A stretch of 64,000 bases of DNA, from assembly GCA_965208575.1 (NCBI GenBank), contig CBDBOV010000004.1:128001-192000 (forward strand), written 5' to 3'. The stretch is from Spirochaetia bacterium (lineage in GTDB: Bacteria; Spirochaetota; Spirochaetia; SZUA-6; Bin103). This document shows, piece after piece, positions 25,834 through 36,060 of this stretch. The notes under the pieces were generated by a model. That model saw only the letters and a list, made by a program, of their open reading frames with translations, made no database searches and was not told where the DNA came from. A program made the translations under genes and the position numbers. The stretch's first letter is position 1; every line of letters starts with the position of its first letter.

Positions 25834-27470
25834 GACCGCACCAGCGCCAATCGAAAGCCGAGTACCGGCGTGCACCATTCGGCCGGCTGCGAACCACGGG
25901 TATGCACGGTGACCACGCGTGGATCGGAGGTAAACGCCCCGCCGCGCACCGCGCGCCGGCTGCCGACCTCCGGCAGCGCGTGCGTGTGCGCCGCCGCTGC
26001 GCCACCCGCGGCGAACAGGTAACGCGTCGGCGAGTACCAGTCCGCCGTCCACTCCCACACGCTGCCGAGCATGTCCTGCAGCCCGTAACCGTTGGGCGGC
26101 GAATACCCGGCCGGCAGCAGTCCGGCGCCGGGGGCGGCGACATGGCCCTGCGCACGGTCGCCGCCGGGGTACAGCCGACCGTGCAGGCCGCCGCGCGCGG
26201 CGTACTCCCACTGCGCTTCGGATGGCAGCCGCACTTGCCAGTGGCCGCCGTTCGGCGCGGCGGCGAGTTGTTCGCCGACCCATGCGGCAAATGCCTCGGC
26301 CGCCGGCGCCGATACGTACACCACCGGCTCCCGTTCCCGCCCCGCCGGCGGCGCCCCGTTCTCCCAGTCCGCCAGGTAGTCCTGTGCGACGACGCCGCGC
26401 GCCACCAGGGCGGCCCGGTTCGCGGGCGACCACTCCGGGCGCGCTGCCACGAAGCGGGCGAACGCGGCCTTGGTCACCTCTCGTTGCTGCAGGTAGTACG
26501 ATTCCACGGCAAGGCGGTGCGGCCAGGTCTCGAACGGCAGCACCGGTTCCTGCTCGCCGGTCAGCCGCCGCGCGTCGCCCATCACGAACGTGCCCGCGGG
26601 GATGCGGTGGAACACCATGCCGGCGGCGGTCACGGTGTCCTCCGGCGACTCGACCGGCCGGTCCGCCGCGGGTTGCTCGGCAGCGAGGCGCCGGCCCTGC
26701 TCGACGGCCGCGCCGTACCAGTCGGAAGCGAGCAGTTCGGAGCGCGGCTGCTGCGGGAGCAGGGCGGCGAGCCACAGCGGCAGGCTCGGACTGTCGGCGG
26801 CGAGCCGCGCCAGGTCTCGCAGCAGCCGCTGCAGTCCCGCGGCCGACGGCGGCGAACCGCCCGCGAGCCGGGCATGGGCGGCGAGCAGTGCGGCGAGCCC
26901 CGCTTCGTCCTCGATCAGAAGCATCGCATTGCGCATCAGGCGCTCGCCCAATTCCCGTGACGGTTCGCCGGCAAGCACAAGATCGCTCGCGGCATCGGTG
27001 ACGATGCGAGCCACGGTCGGATTGCGGGCAAGATCGAGCAGCGCATGACGCAGCAATCCTTGCGGGTCGGCGGGCGCCAACTCGACGTGGCGCGCGTCGC
27101 TCCGTGGCAGCGGCCAACTCAGCAGGATGCGTCCGCCCACCTCCAGCGGCAGCTCCCGGGGATGGAAGTAGTCCTTGGCCACGGTCACGGTCCGTGCACC
27201 GGCAGCGACGCGCACCACCTGCGGGGTGACGCCGGCGAAGCGTCCGTCCACCGAGACCGTGGCGCCGGGCGGCGAGGAGGTGAACTCGATCACCGTGCCC
27301 GACCAGCGCAGGCCGGGCAATACCAGAATGGCGAACAGCAGCGCCGCGGCCGCACACCCGTACAGCACGGTGAGATAGGTGCCCGGTGCGATACCGGCCA
27401 CCGTCCGCAGCCGGACCCGGTGGTCCGCCGCGTTGGGGAGCGTGGTGTTGCGTGCGCGCCGCGCGTGCAT
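25830..27470 (-). CDS. PEGA plus formylglycine-generating enzyme (SUMF1/FGE-sulfatase) domain protein
   Basis: TM helix; PEGA FTSSPPGATVSVDG; RLPSEAQWEYAARGG, PNGYGLQDMLGSVWEW, LGFR. Confidence 0.88.
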   Translation of the reverse strand: MHARRARNTTLPNAADHRVRLRTVAGIAPGTYLTVLYGCAAAALLFAILVLPGLRWSGTVIEFTSSPPGATVSVDGRFAGVTPQVVRVAAGARTVTVAKDYFHPRELPLEVGGRILLSWPLPRSDARHVELAPADPQGLLRHALLDLARNPTVARIVTDAASDLVLAGEPSRELGERLMRNAMLLIEDEAGLAALLAAHARLAGGSPPSAAGLQRLLRDLARLAADSPSLPLWLAALLPQQPRSELLASDWYGAAVEQGRRLAAEQPAADRPVESPEDTVTAAGMVFHRIPAGTFVMGDARRLTGEQEPVLPFETWPHRLAVESYYLQQREVTKAAFARFVAARPEWSPANRAALVARGVVAQDYLADWENGAPPAGREREPVVYVSAPAAEAFAAWVGEQLAAAPNGGHWQVRLPSEAQWEYAARGGLHGRLYPGGDRAQGHVAAPGAGLLPAGYSPPNGYGLQDMLGSVWEWTADWYSPTRYLFAAGGAAAAHTHALPEVGSRRAVRGGAFTSDPRVVTVHTRGSQPAEWCTPVLGFRLALVRS

Positions 27471-27563
27471 GGTTCGCCAAGTATAGGTATGCGCCCAACG
27501 CCGCGCATAGCTCGATGCGTGCCCATTGCCGAGGCAACGGCGGTTCCACTACCTTACCGGAGC

Positions 27564-28589
27564 GTGAGCAGGACGCCGTCGCCGACCCGGTCCGCAGACT
27601 TCTCCAGCGCGTGGCAGCGCTGGCAGCACGGAGTGGTGGCGGTTACCGAACGGTACCTGTCCTGGCGTCGCCTGCGGCGCGTGCGCCGCAAGATTCGCAT
27701 GCAGGGCAAGCATCCGCTGCTCGATTGGGCGGAGGCGATCGGGTCGGCGATCCTGATCGTGCTGGTCATCAACCAGTTCCTGCTGCAGGCGTACCGCATT
27801 CCGTCCGAGTCGATGGTGCCGACCCTGCTGGTGGGCGACCGCATATTCGTGAACAAGCTGATCTACGGGCCCGAACTGATACCGGGATCGGTCAAGCTGC
27901 CGAGCCCGCGGCGGCCGCGCCGCGGCGAGGTGATCATCTTCGAGAACCCCACCTACGCGCCGGTCGGACCGGCGCTCGAACTGGTGCAGCGCGTCATCTA
28001 CATGGCCACCCTGTCGCTGGTCAACATCGATACCGACGAGCAGGGCCGGCCGCGCGCTCACTTTCTCATCAAGAGAGCCGTCGGCATGCCTGGCGACCGG
28101 GTGCGGGTGCGCGGCGGCGACGTGGAGATCATGGTCGCGGGAGCGGGGCCGTGGCGACCGGAACGGGAGCTGATGCAGGAACTGGGATTGCCGTACAACG
28201 TGCGGCGGCTGTTCCCGCGGGACAGCTACGCCGATCTGCGGCTCGCCTCGATGGCGCGGGTGCGGGCAGCCGCGGGCGTGCGGGTGTCGGCCGCCGAGGC
28301 GCTTGCCGCCGAGCGCATCCGCGACATCGGACGGGTCGACTACAGTTTCTCCAACACCTGGATCGCCCGCGCCCGCTACCAGTTGGATCCACACAGCCAC
28401 GCGCTCGCGCGCGACTGGCGGCGCCTGGAGCATGGCTGGCAGGTGCCTTCCGATGCGTTCATGCCGATGGGCGACAACCGCGACGACTCCCGCGACAGCC
28501 GAGACTTCGGGCCCGTAAAGCTGGACAAGGTGTTGGGGAAGGCCCTGTTCCACTACTGGCCGCCGTCGCGCTGGGCGGCGGTGCGCTGA
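27564..28589 (+). CDS. lepB: Signal peptidase I
   Basis: IPSESMVPTL, LIKRAVGMPGD, MGDNRDDSRDSRDFG. Start uncertain (GTG 27564 or ATG 27489). Confidence 0.93.
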   Translation: MSRTPSPTRSADFSSAWQRWQHGVVAVTERYLSWRRLRRVRRKIRMQGKHPLLDWAEAIGSAILIVLVINQFLLQAYRIPSESMVPTLLVGDRIFVNKLIYGPELIPGSVKLPSPRRPRRGEVIIFENPTYAPVGPALELVQRVIYMATLSLVNIDTDEQGRPRAHFLIKRAVGMPGDRVRVRGGDVEIMVAGAGPWRPERELMQELGLPYNVRRLFPRDSYADLRLASMARVRAAAGVRVSAAEALAAERIRDIGRVDYSFSNTWIARARYQLDPHSHALARDWRRLEHGWQVPSDAFMPMGDNRDDSRDSRDFGPVKLDKVLGKALFHYWPPSRWAAVR

Positions 28590-28599
28590 CCGCCGCCCG

Positions 28600-29844
28600 A
28601 TGAACGAGACGCCGCGGCGCGCGCCGGTGGCGTACTACGTCCACGTGCCGTTCTGTGCGGCGCATTGCCCCTATTGCGACTATCCGATTACCGTCGGCAG
28701 CCTGGACCGGGCGGCTGAGCTGGTGTCTGCCGTGTTGAGCGAAGTGGAGACCCTGCGCGGCGCTCTGGCAGACCGCCCGGTTGCGGCGCTGTACGTAGGC
28801 GGCGGCACGCCCAGCTTCCTGCCGCTCGGCGAGTTGCGGCGGCTGCTCACCGGACTGGCCCGCGCCCTGCGCACGCCGGCGGCGGGCGGCAGCACCGGGC
28901 AGCACTTCGAGTGCACCCTGGAGGCGAACCCGGAGGACGTGACCCCCGAGCTGCTCGACGTGTGCGCGACCGCCGGCATCAATCGCCTCTCGGTCGGCGT
29001 GCAGTCGTTCGCCGGGCCCGTGCTGCGTCGCCTTGGAAGGCGCTGCACCGGAGGCGGTGTGCGGGCCGCCATGGAGTTGCTCTTCCGACGGTGGCGCGGC
29101 CGGCTGAACATCGACCTGCTGGTCGGGGTGCCCGGTCAGCGGTGGGCGGACGTGCGGGCGGACCTGGAACAGGCCGCCGACCTGGGCGTAGGCCACGTCA
29201 CGCTGCTGCAATTGGCGGATCCGCCGGCCGGCGGGCCGCAACCGAGTACGGACGCCGATGACCTGTGGCTGGCCGCCGGCGAGGCACTGCGCTCGCGCGG
29301 ATACGCCGACTACGAGGTCAGCCACTTCGCCCGGGGCGGCGACCATTCGCACTATTTGTGCCATGCCCTGCAATTGCAACCGGTGGCGGCGGCCGGTCCC
29401 GGATCGGCCGGCACGCTGCCGGCAGCGGCCGCCGCTCACTACGGCGGCGCGGTCGCCACCGAGTCGGGCGCCGTGCGCTGCACCCACACCGCGGACCTCG
29501 ACCGCTATCTGGCCGGCTGCGACGACGGCTGGGGATGTGCCACCGAACCCGTGTCCGCGCGCGACCTGCTGGTGGAACACCTCCTGCAGGGGCTCCGGTT
29601 CACTGCCGGCATCGCCGCCGTGTCGGCCTGGTTCCGTCCACCGCCGGGCACGCTGCTCGGTGAGCTGTGGCGGCGGTGGCGGCGGCACGGACTGGCGCAC
29701 CGGCAGAGCGAGCGGCTGGCGCTGACTGCCCGCGGACGCCTGCAGCTCGACGGGTTGATGGCGATGGCGATCGACCATCTCGATCAGGCGGCGCGCACCG
29801 GCGAACGGATCGTCGCCTCCTGGCCGGACGGCGCCGGCTCCTGA
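28600..29844 (+). CDS. hemW: HemN/HemW-family radical SAM protein
   Basis: YVHVPFCAAHCPYCDY, GGGTPS, EANPED, NRLSVGVQSF, YEVSHFA. Confidence 0.8.
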   Translation: MNETPRRAPVAYYVHVPFCAAHCPYCDYPITVGSLDRAAELVSAVLSEVETLRGALADRPVAALYVGGGTPSFLPLGELRRLLTGLARALRTPAAGGSTGQHFECTLEANPEDVTPELLDVCATAGINRLSVGVQSFAGPVLRRLGRRCTGGGVRAAMELLFRRWRGRLNIDLLVGVPGQRWADVRADLEQAADLGVGHVTLLQLADPPAGGPQPSTDADDLWLAAGEALRSRGYADYEVSHFARGGDHSHYLCHALQLQPVAAAGPGSAGTLPAAAAAHYGGAVATESGAVRCTHTADLDRYLAGCDDGWGCATEPVSARDLLVEHLLQGLRFTAGIAAVSAWFRPPPGTLLGELWRRWRRHGLAHRQSERLALTARGRLQLDGLMAMAIDHLDQAARTGERIVASWPDGAGS

Positions 29845-29909
29845 CTCGGCGGCTGGCGGGCGAACAGAATTCACCGGACACGGGCGGCGGCGCGGGCCGG
29901 CGCGCGTGT

Positions 29910-31193
29910 CTACGGCCGGCGGTGGGCCGCGAAGCGGTGCTCGCTGCGCCGCAGCGGCAGCAGCGCGAGCGTGCCGAGCACCACAAAGCCGGTGGCGATC
30001 CAGGCCACCAGTTCGGCGCCGGCGCGGCTGGCCAGTTGGATGCCGACCGTGGCGCCGAGCATCATGCGCATGCCGGTGGCAAAGGTGTGCGCCGACATGT
30101 ACGCAGCCGTATTCTCGCGGTCGGCAAAGCGGGTTACCCACAAGCTCCAGGCCAACATCCCGCCGGCGTTGAACGCCCCCATCAGCGCCGCCCCGATAAT
30201 GGCCGCCGGCACGCTGTGCAACTGAAAGAACAGCACGATGCTGAGCACCGAGCACATGTTCAGGCCGACCCGCACCGTGATGAAGTTGAAACGGTCGAAC
30301 AGGTTTGCCCAGATCGGCGTGCACACCAGGCGCATGATGTCCGGTACGGTGCCGGCGATGAACGCGACCTGGACGGCCGGCAGGTCGAAACCGTAGCGCG
30401 GCTCGGTCAGAAACAGGATGCGCAGCGGCGCAACCAGCAGGCTGCCGAGGCCGAACAGAAACCACGCCCCGACGGTCAGGCCGAACGTGCGGTCGCGCCA
30501 CAACAGCGCCAGCGCCGCCAACGGAGAGACCGCCCGCGCAGCACGGGCGGTCCGTCGCGGGCGCCGCGACGGCACGAACACCATCGCCACGGCCGCGACC
30601 AGATTCGCGATGCCATAGGCGGCTATGACGGTGTGGTAGCGGTCGCCGGAACTCTCCAGAATGGCGCCGCCGACGACGTGGAACAGTGCCGAGCCCAGCA
30701 TCGCCAGCACCAATTCGACGGCCACCAGTCGGCCGCGCAGGCGCGCCGGGTAGTTCTCCTTGATGATCGCGGTGTACAACGGCAGGGTCACCGCGCCGGT
30801 GGCCGCCGCCGGAATCAGCCACAGGACGTGCCAAGTGAGGGAGGCTGCGCCCGCCGCGGCAAAGAATCCGGCCGCCGCCAGTGCCATCGCCCCGGCCACC
30901 ACCAGGTTGCGCCGCACGGGCAGGCGCGCCAGGTAGGCCACCGCCAGCAGAGCCGCAATCAGGCCGAATGCCTGCGGCAGCGACACCAGTGTCTTGACGG
31001 CGTCGCCGGCGTCGAAGTGGCGCACCGCAATCAGCAGGAAGAAGGTCTTCGGACCTGATTCCAGGATGCCGAAGGCGAAACTGCGGATGGAGCCGAATAC
31101 CAGCGTGCGGCGTGCCAGCAGCGGTACGTGGACCGCACCGCGGAACCGGCTGCCGCGAGGAGTGGCGCCGGAGGAGGTACGGTGCGTGCGCAT
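29910..31193 (-). CDS. MFS transporter
   Basis: About 12 hydrophobic segments; ENYPARLRGR loop motif. Confidence 0.85.
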   Translation of the reverse strand: MRTHRTSSGATPRGSRFRGAVHVPLLARRTLVFGSIRSFAFGILESGPKTFFLLIAVRHFDAGDAVKTLVSLPQAFGLIAALLAVAYLARLPVRRNLVVAGAMALAAAGFFAAAGAASLTWHVLWLIPAAATGAVTLPLYTAIIKENYPARLRGRLVAVELVLAMLGSALFHVVGGAILESSGDRYHTVIAAYGIANLVAAVAMVFVPSRRPRRTARAARAVSPLAALALLWRDRTFGLTVGAWFLFGLGSLLVAPLRILFLTEPRYGFDLPAVQVAFIAGTVPDIMRLVCTPIWANLFDRFNFITVRVGLNMCSVLSIVLFFQLHSVPAAIIGAALMGAFNAGGMLAWSLWVTRFADRENTAAYMSAHTFATGMRMMLGATVGIQLASRAGAELVAWIATGFVVLGTLALLPLRRSEHRFAAHRRP

Positions 31194-31321
31194 GCTCGCC
31201 GCCGATTCTACCGTACGCGTTGTCTGCCCGTCAGCGGACCGCGCGGCCCGGCCCTCCCGACCACCCCGCGTTGACGCGCATCAATGGCGGCTGGTAGGGT
31301 GCATGAACAGGAGTCAGAATA

Positions 31322-32068
31322 TTGTCAGGCCACAGCAAATGGCACTCGATACGCCACAAGAAGGGCGCCACGGATGCTAAACGCGGCAAGATCTTCACCA
31401 AGCTGATCCGGGAGATCACCGTCGCCGCCCGCCTCGGCGGCGGCGACCCCGATGCGAATCCGCGCCTGCGCACGGTGATGCTCAAGGCCCGCGAGGCAAA
31501 CATGCCGCGCGACAACATCGATCGCGCGATCAAGAAAGGGTCCGGCGGCGGCGAGGGGTCCGACTTCCACGAGCTGCTCTACGAAGCGTACGGCCCCGGC
31601 GGGGTCGCGTTGCTGATCCAGGTGCTCACCGACAACAAGAATCGCTCGGCGGCGGAGATACGCAATATCCTCACCAAGGGGGGCGGCAACCTCGGGGACA
31701 CCGGATCTGTTTCCTATCTGTTTTCCCGTAAAGGAGTAATAGCCTTCGAAGCAGAGCGTTACAACGAAGATCAGGTGATGGAGGTGGTGCTCGAGGGCGG
31801 TGCCGAGGACGTTTCCTCCGACGCCGACACGGTCGAGGTCCTTACCGGGCCGGAGGACTTCCATGCCACGCTCGACGTCGTGGAACGCGCCGGCCTCAAA
31901 CATCGCGTGGCCGAGATCTCCTGGGTTCCGGATGTCAGCATGCCGCTCGACGAGGGCAAGGCGGGCAGCGCCCTGCGGCTGATCGAAGCGCTCGAGGATC
32001 ACGACGACGTTCAGCAGGTGTCGACCAACATGGAGGCGCCGGAGCCGGTTGCCGCGGATATCGGTTGA
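31322..32068 (+). CDS. yebC: YebC/PmpR-family protein
   Basis: MSGHSKWHSIRHKK, YEAYGPGG, LEDHDDVQQV. Confidence 0.96.
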   Translation: MSGHSKWHSIRHKKGATDAKRGKIFTKLIREITVAARLGGGDPDANPRLRTVMLKAREANMPRDNIDRAIKKGSGGGEGSDFHELLYEAYGPGGVALLIQVLTDNKNRSAAEIRNILTKGGGNLGDTGSVSYLFSRKGVIAFEAERYNEDQVMEVVLEGGAEDVSSDADTVEVLTGPEDFHATLDVVERAGLKHRVAEISWVPDVSMPLDEGKAGSALRLIEALEDHDDVQQVSTNMEAPEPVAADIG

Positions 32069-32122
32069 GCGGCTGCTGCGGCGTGGCACTCGCCGCGCGC
32101 CCTGCAAGAGGATGGACGCGCG

Positions 32123-32632
32123 ATGAGCGTGGTGCTGGGCATTGATCCGGGGCTCGCGTCGACCGGATACGGCGTGCTGGCCGCTACCGGCAGCCGCGTA
32201 CGGCGCATCGCCGACGGCGTCATTCGCACGCCCGCCGGCGCCGACTACGGCAACCGCCTGGTCATGTTGTGTGACGGCCTGCGCCAGGTGATCGAAAGCT
32301 ATCGCCCCGACGAGAGCGCCATCGAGGAGTTGTACTTCTCCAGGAACGTGCGTACCGCGTTTGCGGTTGCCCAGGCGCGCGGCGTGATCATCCTGGTGCT
32401 GGCGCAGTGCAAGGTGCAATACGGCGAGTATGCGCCCGGCGCCGTGAAACAGGCGGTGGCAGGTCACAGCAGGGCGCCCAAGGAGCAGGTGATGCGCTCG
32501 GTGAAGATGGTGCTCGGCCTGCACGACGAGCCGGTGAGCGACCACAGTGCCGATGCGCTGGCGGTCGCACTGTGCCACGTGCAGCATGCGCCGGTGCGTG
32601 CCGCGCTCGCCCGCGCCGCCGCGACGCGGTAG
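32123..32632 (+). CDS. ruvC: Holliday junction resolvase
   Basis: LGIDPG, AIEELYF, DHSADALAVALCH. Confidence 0.96.
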   Translation: MSVVLGIDPGLASTGYGVLAATGSRVRRIADGVIRTPAGADYGNRLVMLCDGLRQVIESYRPDESAIEELYFSRNVRTAFAVAQARGVIILVLAQCKVQYGEYAPGAVKQAVAGHSRAPKEQVMRSVKMVLGLHDEPVSDHSADALAVALCHVQHAPVRAALARAAATR

Positions 32633-32646
32633 AATCGGCCCAACCG

Positions 32647-33297
32647 ATGTTGTACAGCGTCACCGGCCGGCTGACTCACAAGGGCCTCGACGTCGCCCAC
32701 GTCCAGGTGGGCGGGCTGGAACTGGAACTGTCGAGTTCGGCGCGCAGCCTGGAGGCGCTGCCGGCGCCCGGCGCCGAGGTGAAGCTGTACACCTTCCTGT
32801 ATCATCGCGATGACCAGATGCGGCTGTACGGGTTCGCTTCGCAGGCGGAACGCACCCTGTTTCTCGACCTGCTGCGGGTCGGCGGGGTGGGGCCGCGGCT
32901 GGTGATCCGCATCCTGTCCGGAATCGAGGCCGCCGAGCTGGTGCAGGCCCTGGAAACCAACGATCTGCCCCGCCTGGTGCAGATTCCCGGCCTCGGCAAC
33001 AGGACTGCCCAGAAAATGGTGCTCACCCTGCAGGGCAAGCTCAGCCTGCCGCCCGCCGCCGCGGCGCGTACCCCCGGTTTGGAGGAGGACATCACCGCGG
33101 CGCTGGCCGGCATGGGATTCGGCACCCGCGAGGCACGCGGCGCGGTGCGCGCGGCAATCAAGGAACTGGCCGCGGAGGCCGGCGCGGCCAGCGACAGCGA
33201 GCAGGAGGTTCTGCGCCGCGCGGTCGCCCGCCTGAGCTCGCTCACCGCCGAGCGGACTCCCGCCCCCGCCGCACCGGGCAGCGCGGCCAGTGGCTGA
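32647..33297 (+). CDS. ruvA: Holliday junction branch migration protein
   Basis: LYGF, LLRVGGVGPR, IPGLGNRTAQKM. Confidence 0.95.
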   Translation: MLYSVTGRLTHKGLDVAHVQVGGLELELSSSARSLEALPAPGAEVKLYTFLYHRDDQMRLYGFASQAERTLFLDLLRVGGVGPRLVIRILSGIEAAELVQALETNDLPRLVQIPGLGNRTAQKMVLTLQGKLSLPPAAAARTPGLEEDITAALAGMGFGTREARGAVRAAIKELAAEAGAASDSEQEVLRRAVARLSSLTAERTPAPAAPGSAASG

Positions 33298-34333
33298 CCG
33301 CGACGTAGCCGGCACCTACCTGCCGGACCACGACCGGGAGGAGGGCGCGCTACGCCCCAGGCGCCTGCGCGACTTCATCGGTCACGATCGCCTGCGCGAG
33401 AACCTGTCCGTGTTCGTGGCGGCCGCGCGGCAGCGCGGCGAGAGTCTGGACCACGTGTTCCTGAGCGGCCCGCCGGGGCTCGGCAAGACCACCCTGGCCG
33501 CGATTCTGGCGAACGAAATGGGCGTGGAGTTCCAGGCCACGTCGGCGCCGGCGCTGGAAAAGACCGGCGACCTGGTCGCGATTCTCACCCACATCGGCGA
33601 GCGCAACGTGTTCTTCATCGACGAGATTCACCGCCTGCGTCCGCCGGTGGAGGAACTGCTCTACACCGCCATGGAAGACAACGAGATCGACGTGGTGGTG
33701 GGGCAGGGACCGGGTGCGCGTTCCATCAAGATTCCGCTGCCGCCGTTCACGCTGGTCGGCGCCACTACCAAGACCGGGCTGGTGTCCGGTCCGCTGCACT
33801 CCCGGTTCGGCATAACCACCCGCCTCGACTACTACCAGCCGCCCGAAATCGCCGCGATCGTGCGCCGCACGGCCGGGATTCTGCAAACGGAACTGGACGG
33901 CGGCGCCGTGCGGGTGCTGGCGCAGTGCTCGCGCGGCACCCCTCGCGTGGCCAACCGCCTGGTGCGCCGGATGCGAGACTATGCGCAGGTGTGGGCCGAC
34001 GGGGCGATCTCGTTGCAGATTGTGGAACGCGGTCTGGCAGCGCTCGAGGTGGACTCCAGCGGGCTCGACAAGCTCGATCGTGAGATACTGAACACCATCA
34101 TCACCAAGTACGACGGCGGACCGGTGGGATCGGAAACCCTGGCCATTACCATCAGCGAGGCGGTGGATACCCTGGAAGACGTGTATGAGCCATACCTGAT
34201 TCAACGCGGATTTCTGCAGCGCACCGCGCGCGGCCGGGTGGTGACCCCGCTGGCATACCAGCACCTCGGGCTCCCACTCGGCGGCGCTCCATCGCGGAAG
34301 GGGGCCGATGCGGACCAGCAGGTTCTGTTTTGA
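33290..34333 (+). CDS. ruvB: Holliday junction DNA helicase
   Basis: GPPGLGKTT, FIDEIHR, FTLVGATT, YEPYLIQ. Confidence 0.97.
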   Translation: MADRDVAGTYLPDHDREEGALRPRRLRDFIGHDRLRENLSVFVAAARQRGESLDHVFLSGPPGLGKTTLAAILANEMGVEFQATSAPALEKTGDLVAILTHIGERNVFFIDEIHRLRPPVEELLYTAMEDNEIDVVVGQGPGARSIKIPLPPFTLVGATTKTGLVSGPLHSRFGITTRLDYYQPPEIAAIVRRTAGILQTELDGGAVRVLAQCSRGTPRVANRLVRRMRDYAQVWADGAISLQIVERGLAALEVDSSGLDKLDREILNTIITKYDGGPVGSETLAITISEAVDTLEDVYEPYLIQRGFLQRTARGRVVTPLAYQHLGLPLGGAPSRKGADADQQVLF

Positions 34334-35336
34334 TCTGCCGCCGGAGTTGATCGCGCAGCGGCCGGCGGCGCAACGCGGCGCGGCGCGGCTCATGGTGCTG
34401 GAGCGGGCTACCGGAGCGCTGCACCATGCGCGGGTAGCCGAGCTGCCGGCGTTCCTGGCCCCGGACAGCGTAGTGGTGCTGAACGATACCCGGGTGTTGC
34501 ACGCGCGCCTGTCCGGCTGCCTGCCGGGGGGCAGAGAGGTGCCGTTTCTGCTGCTGGAACAGAGCAACGGCGGCACCCGCTGGCTGGCGCTTGCCCGTGG
34601 CGCGCGGCAGCTTGCCCGGGGCGGACGCACCGTGGCATTCCCGGGCGGCCGCTCGGCATCGCTGGGCGAACCGCCGGACGGCAGCGGCGCGGTGGTGCTC
34701 TCCTTCGATCGCCCGGTCAAGCCCGGCTACCTGGAGCAGCATGGTTCGATACCGTTGCCGCCCTACATCGACCGTCCCGCGGACGCCGCGGACGCCGAAC
34801 GCTACCAGACGGTATATGCCGAGCATCCCGGTTCCGCGGCCGCGCCCACCGCCGGACTGCACTTCACGGACGTACTGTTGCGGCAACTCCGGCAACGCGG
34901 GGTCGCGGTGGTGCGCGTGACGCTGCACGTCGGAACCGCCACCTTCGCGCCCATTCGCAGCGAGCGGATCGAGGATCACGTGATGCACCGCGAGCGTTAC
35001 TCGGTTCCGGAGGAAGCCGCGCTGGCGGTGGAGCAGGCGCGGCGCGAAAGCCGTCCGGTGGTGGCGGTCGGGACCACCGTGGTGCGTACCCTGGAGGCGG
35101 CCTGGGACGGCGGCACGCTACGGCGCGGCCCCGGGACAACCGACCTGTTCATCTATCCCGGACATCGGTTCCGGGTCGTGGATCAGCTCCTGACCAACTT
35201 CCACACGCCGCGCTCCTCGCTGCTGGCGCTGGTCAGCGCGCTGGCCGGCGAGCGGGAGGTCCGCTGCGCGTACGCCACGGCCGTCGAGATGCGCTACCGA
35301 TTCTTCTCCTACGGCGACGCGATGCTGATCCGATGA
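34308..35336 (+). CDS. queA: S-adenosylmethionine:tRNA ribosyltransferase-isomerase
   Basis: FDLPPELIAQ, PLPPYI, AAPTAGLHF, TNFHTP, FSYGDAM. Confidence 0.97.
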   Translation: MRTSRFCFDLPPELIAQRPAAQRGAARLMVLERATGALHHARVAELPAFLAPDSVVVLNDTRVLHARLSGCLPGGREVPFLLLEQSNGGTRWLALARGARQLARGGRTVAFPGGRSASLGEPPDGSGAVVLSFDRPVKPGYLEQHGSIPLPPYIDRPADAADAERYQTVYAEHPGSAAAPTAGLHFTDVLLRQLRQRGVAVVRVTLHVGTATFAPIRSERIEDHVMHRERYSVPEEAALAVEQARRESRPVVAVGTTVVRTLEAAWDGGTLRRGPGTTDLFIYPGHRFRVVDQLLTNFHTPRSSLLALVSALAGEREVRCAYATAVEMRYRFFSYGDAMLIR

Positions 35337-35386
35337 CGGCCGGGTCGCATGGTCTGCACGGTCGTGGCGTGATCGTGGCGGCGCAC

Positions 35387-36007
35387 TCAGAACCTCGCCA
35401 TGTGCTTCCAGATGCGGTCGAACACGGCCGCGCGCGGCCCACTGCCGTCGACGGTCACGACCTCCACACCGAGCGCCGCGTAGTGCGCGTTCACCTCCAG
35501 GTAGCGCTCGCGCAGGCGCCGCTGCAATGGCAGACGGTCGAACAGCTCGCGCGCGCCGCGGGCGGCAACGCGCCGCTGACACTCCTCGGGCGGGGTGTCG
35601 ATGAAGATCAGGCGGCGCGGCAGCGGGAAGCGGGCGTTGATCGCAGACACGTAGTCGGCGGGGCAGTCTGTTGACTGATAGACCACGCTGGAGAACAGGT
35701 AGCGATCGCTGGCCACGTAGCCGCCGGCCCGCAGAGCGGCGAGCACGCCGCCCGGAGCGTGCAGGTGTTCGCTGCGGTCGGCCGCGAACAGCAGCGCCAG
35801 CGTGCACCCGGACACCGACAGCTCGCCGCGCAATACCGCGCGGATCAGCCTTCCGATCGGTCCGTCGGTGGGTTCGCACGTGGCGAAGCAGGTCGTGCCG
35901 CGGGTGCGAAGTGCATCTTGCAGCATCCCCAACTGAGTCGAGGTTCCCGCGCCGTCGAGGCCTTCGAACACCACGAATCGGTCCAGGATATCGGGCGTGT
36001 CGCTCAT
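35387..36007 (-). CDS. tmk: Thymidylate kinase
   Basis: FVVFEGLDGAGTSTQ, EPT, LLFAADR, DRYLFSSVVYQ. Confidence 0.92.
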   Translation of the reverse strand: MSDTPDILDRFVVFEGLDGAGTSTQLGMLQDALRTRGTTCFATCEPTDGPIGRLIRAVLRGELSVSGCTLALLFAADRSEHLHAPGGVLAALRAGGYVASDRYLFSSVVYQSTDCPADYVSAINARFPLPRRLIFIDTPPEECQRRVAARGARELFDRLPLQRRLRERYLEVNAHYAALGVEVVTVDGSGPRAAVFDRIWKHMARF

Positions 36008-36060
36008 TTCCGGGCGTGGCCAGTGTACACCGGACCGCCGCCCCGCCGCCGGCGCGCCGC

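Noticed and set aside
25345-27549. 734-aa SmpB fusion ORF
   Set aside because: High-GC open frame overlapping the real PEGA/FGE gene; SmpB homology starts at GTG 25833.
35930-35975. Inactive Tmk because the P-loop has GAGTST instead of Lys
   Set aside because: As I recall, this variant occurs in other spirochete Tmk proteins, and the other motifs are intact; not evidence of a pseudogene.
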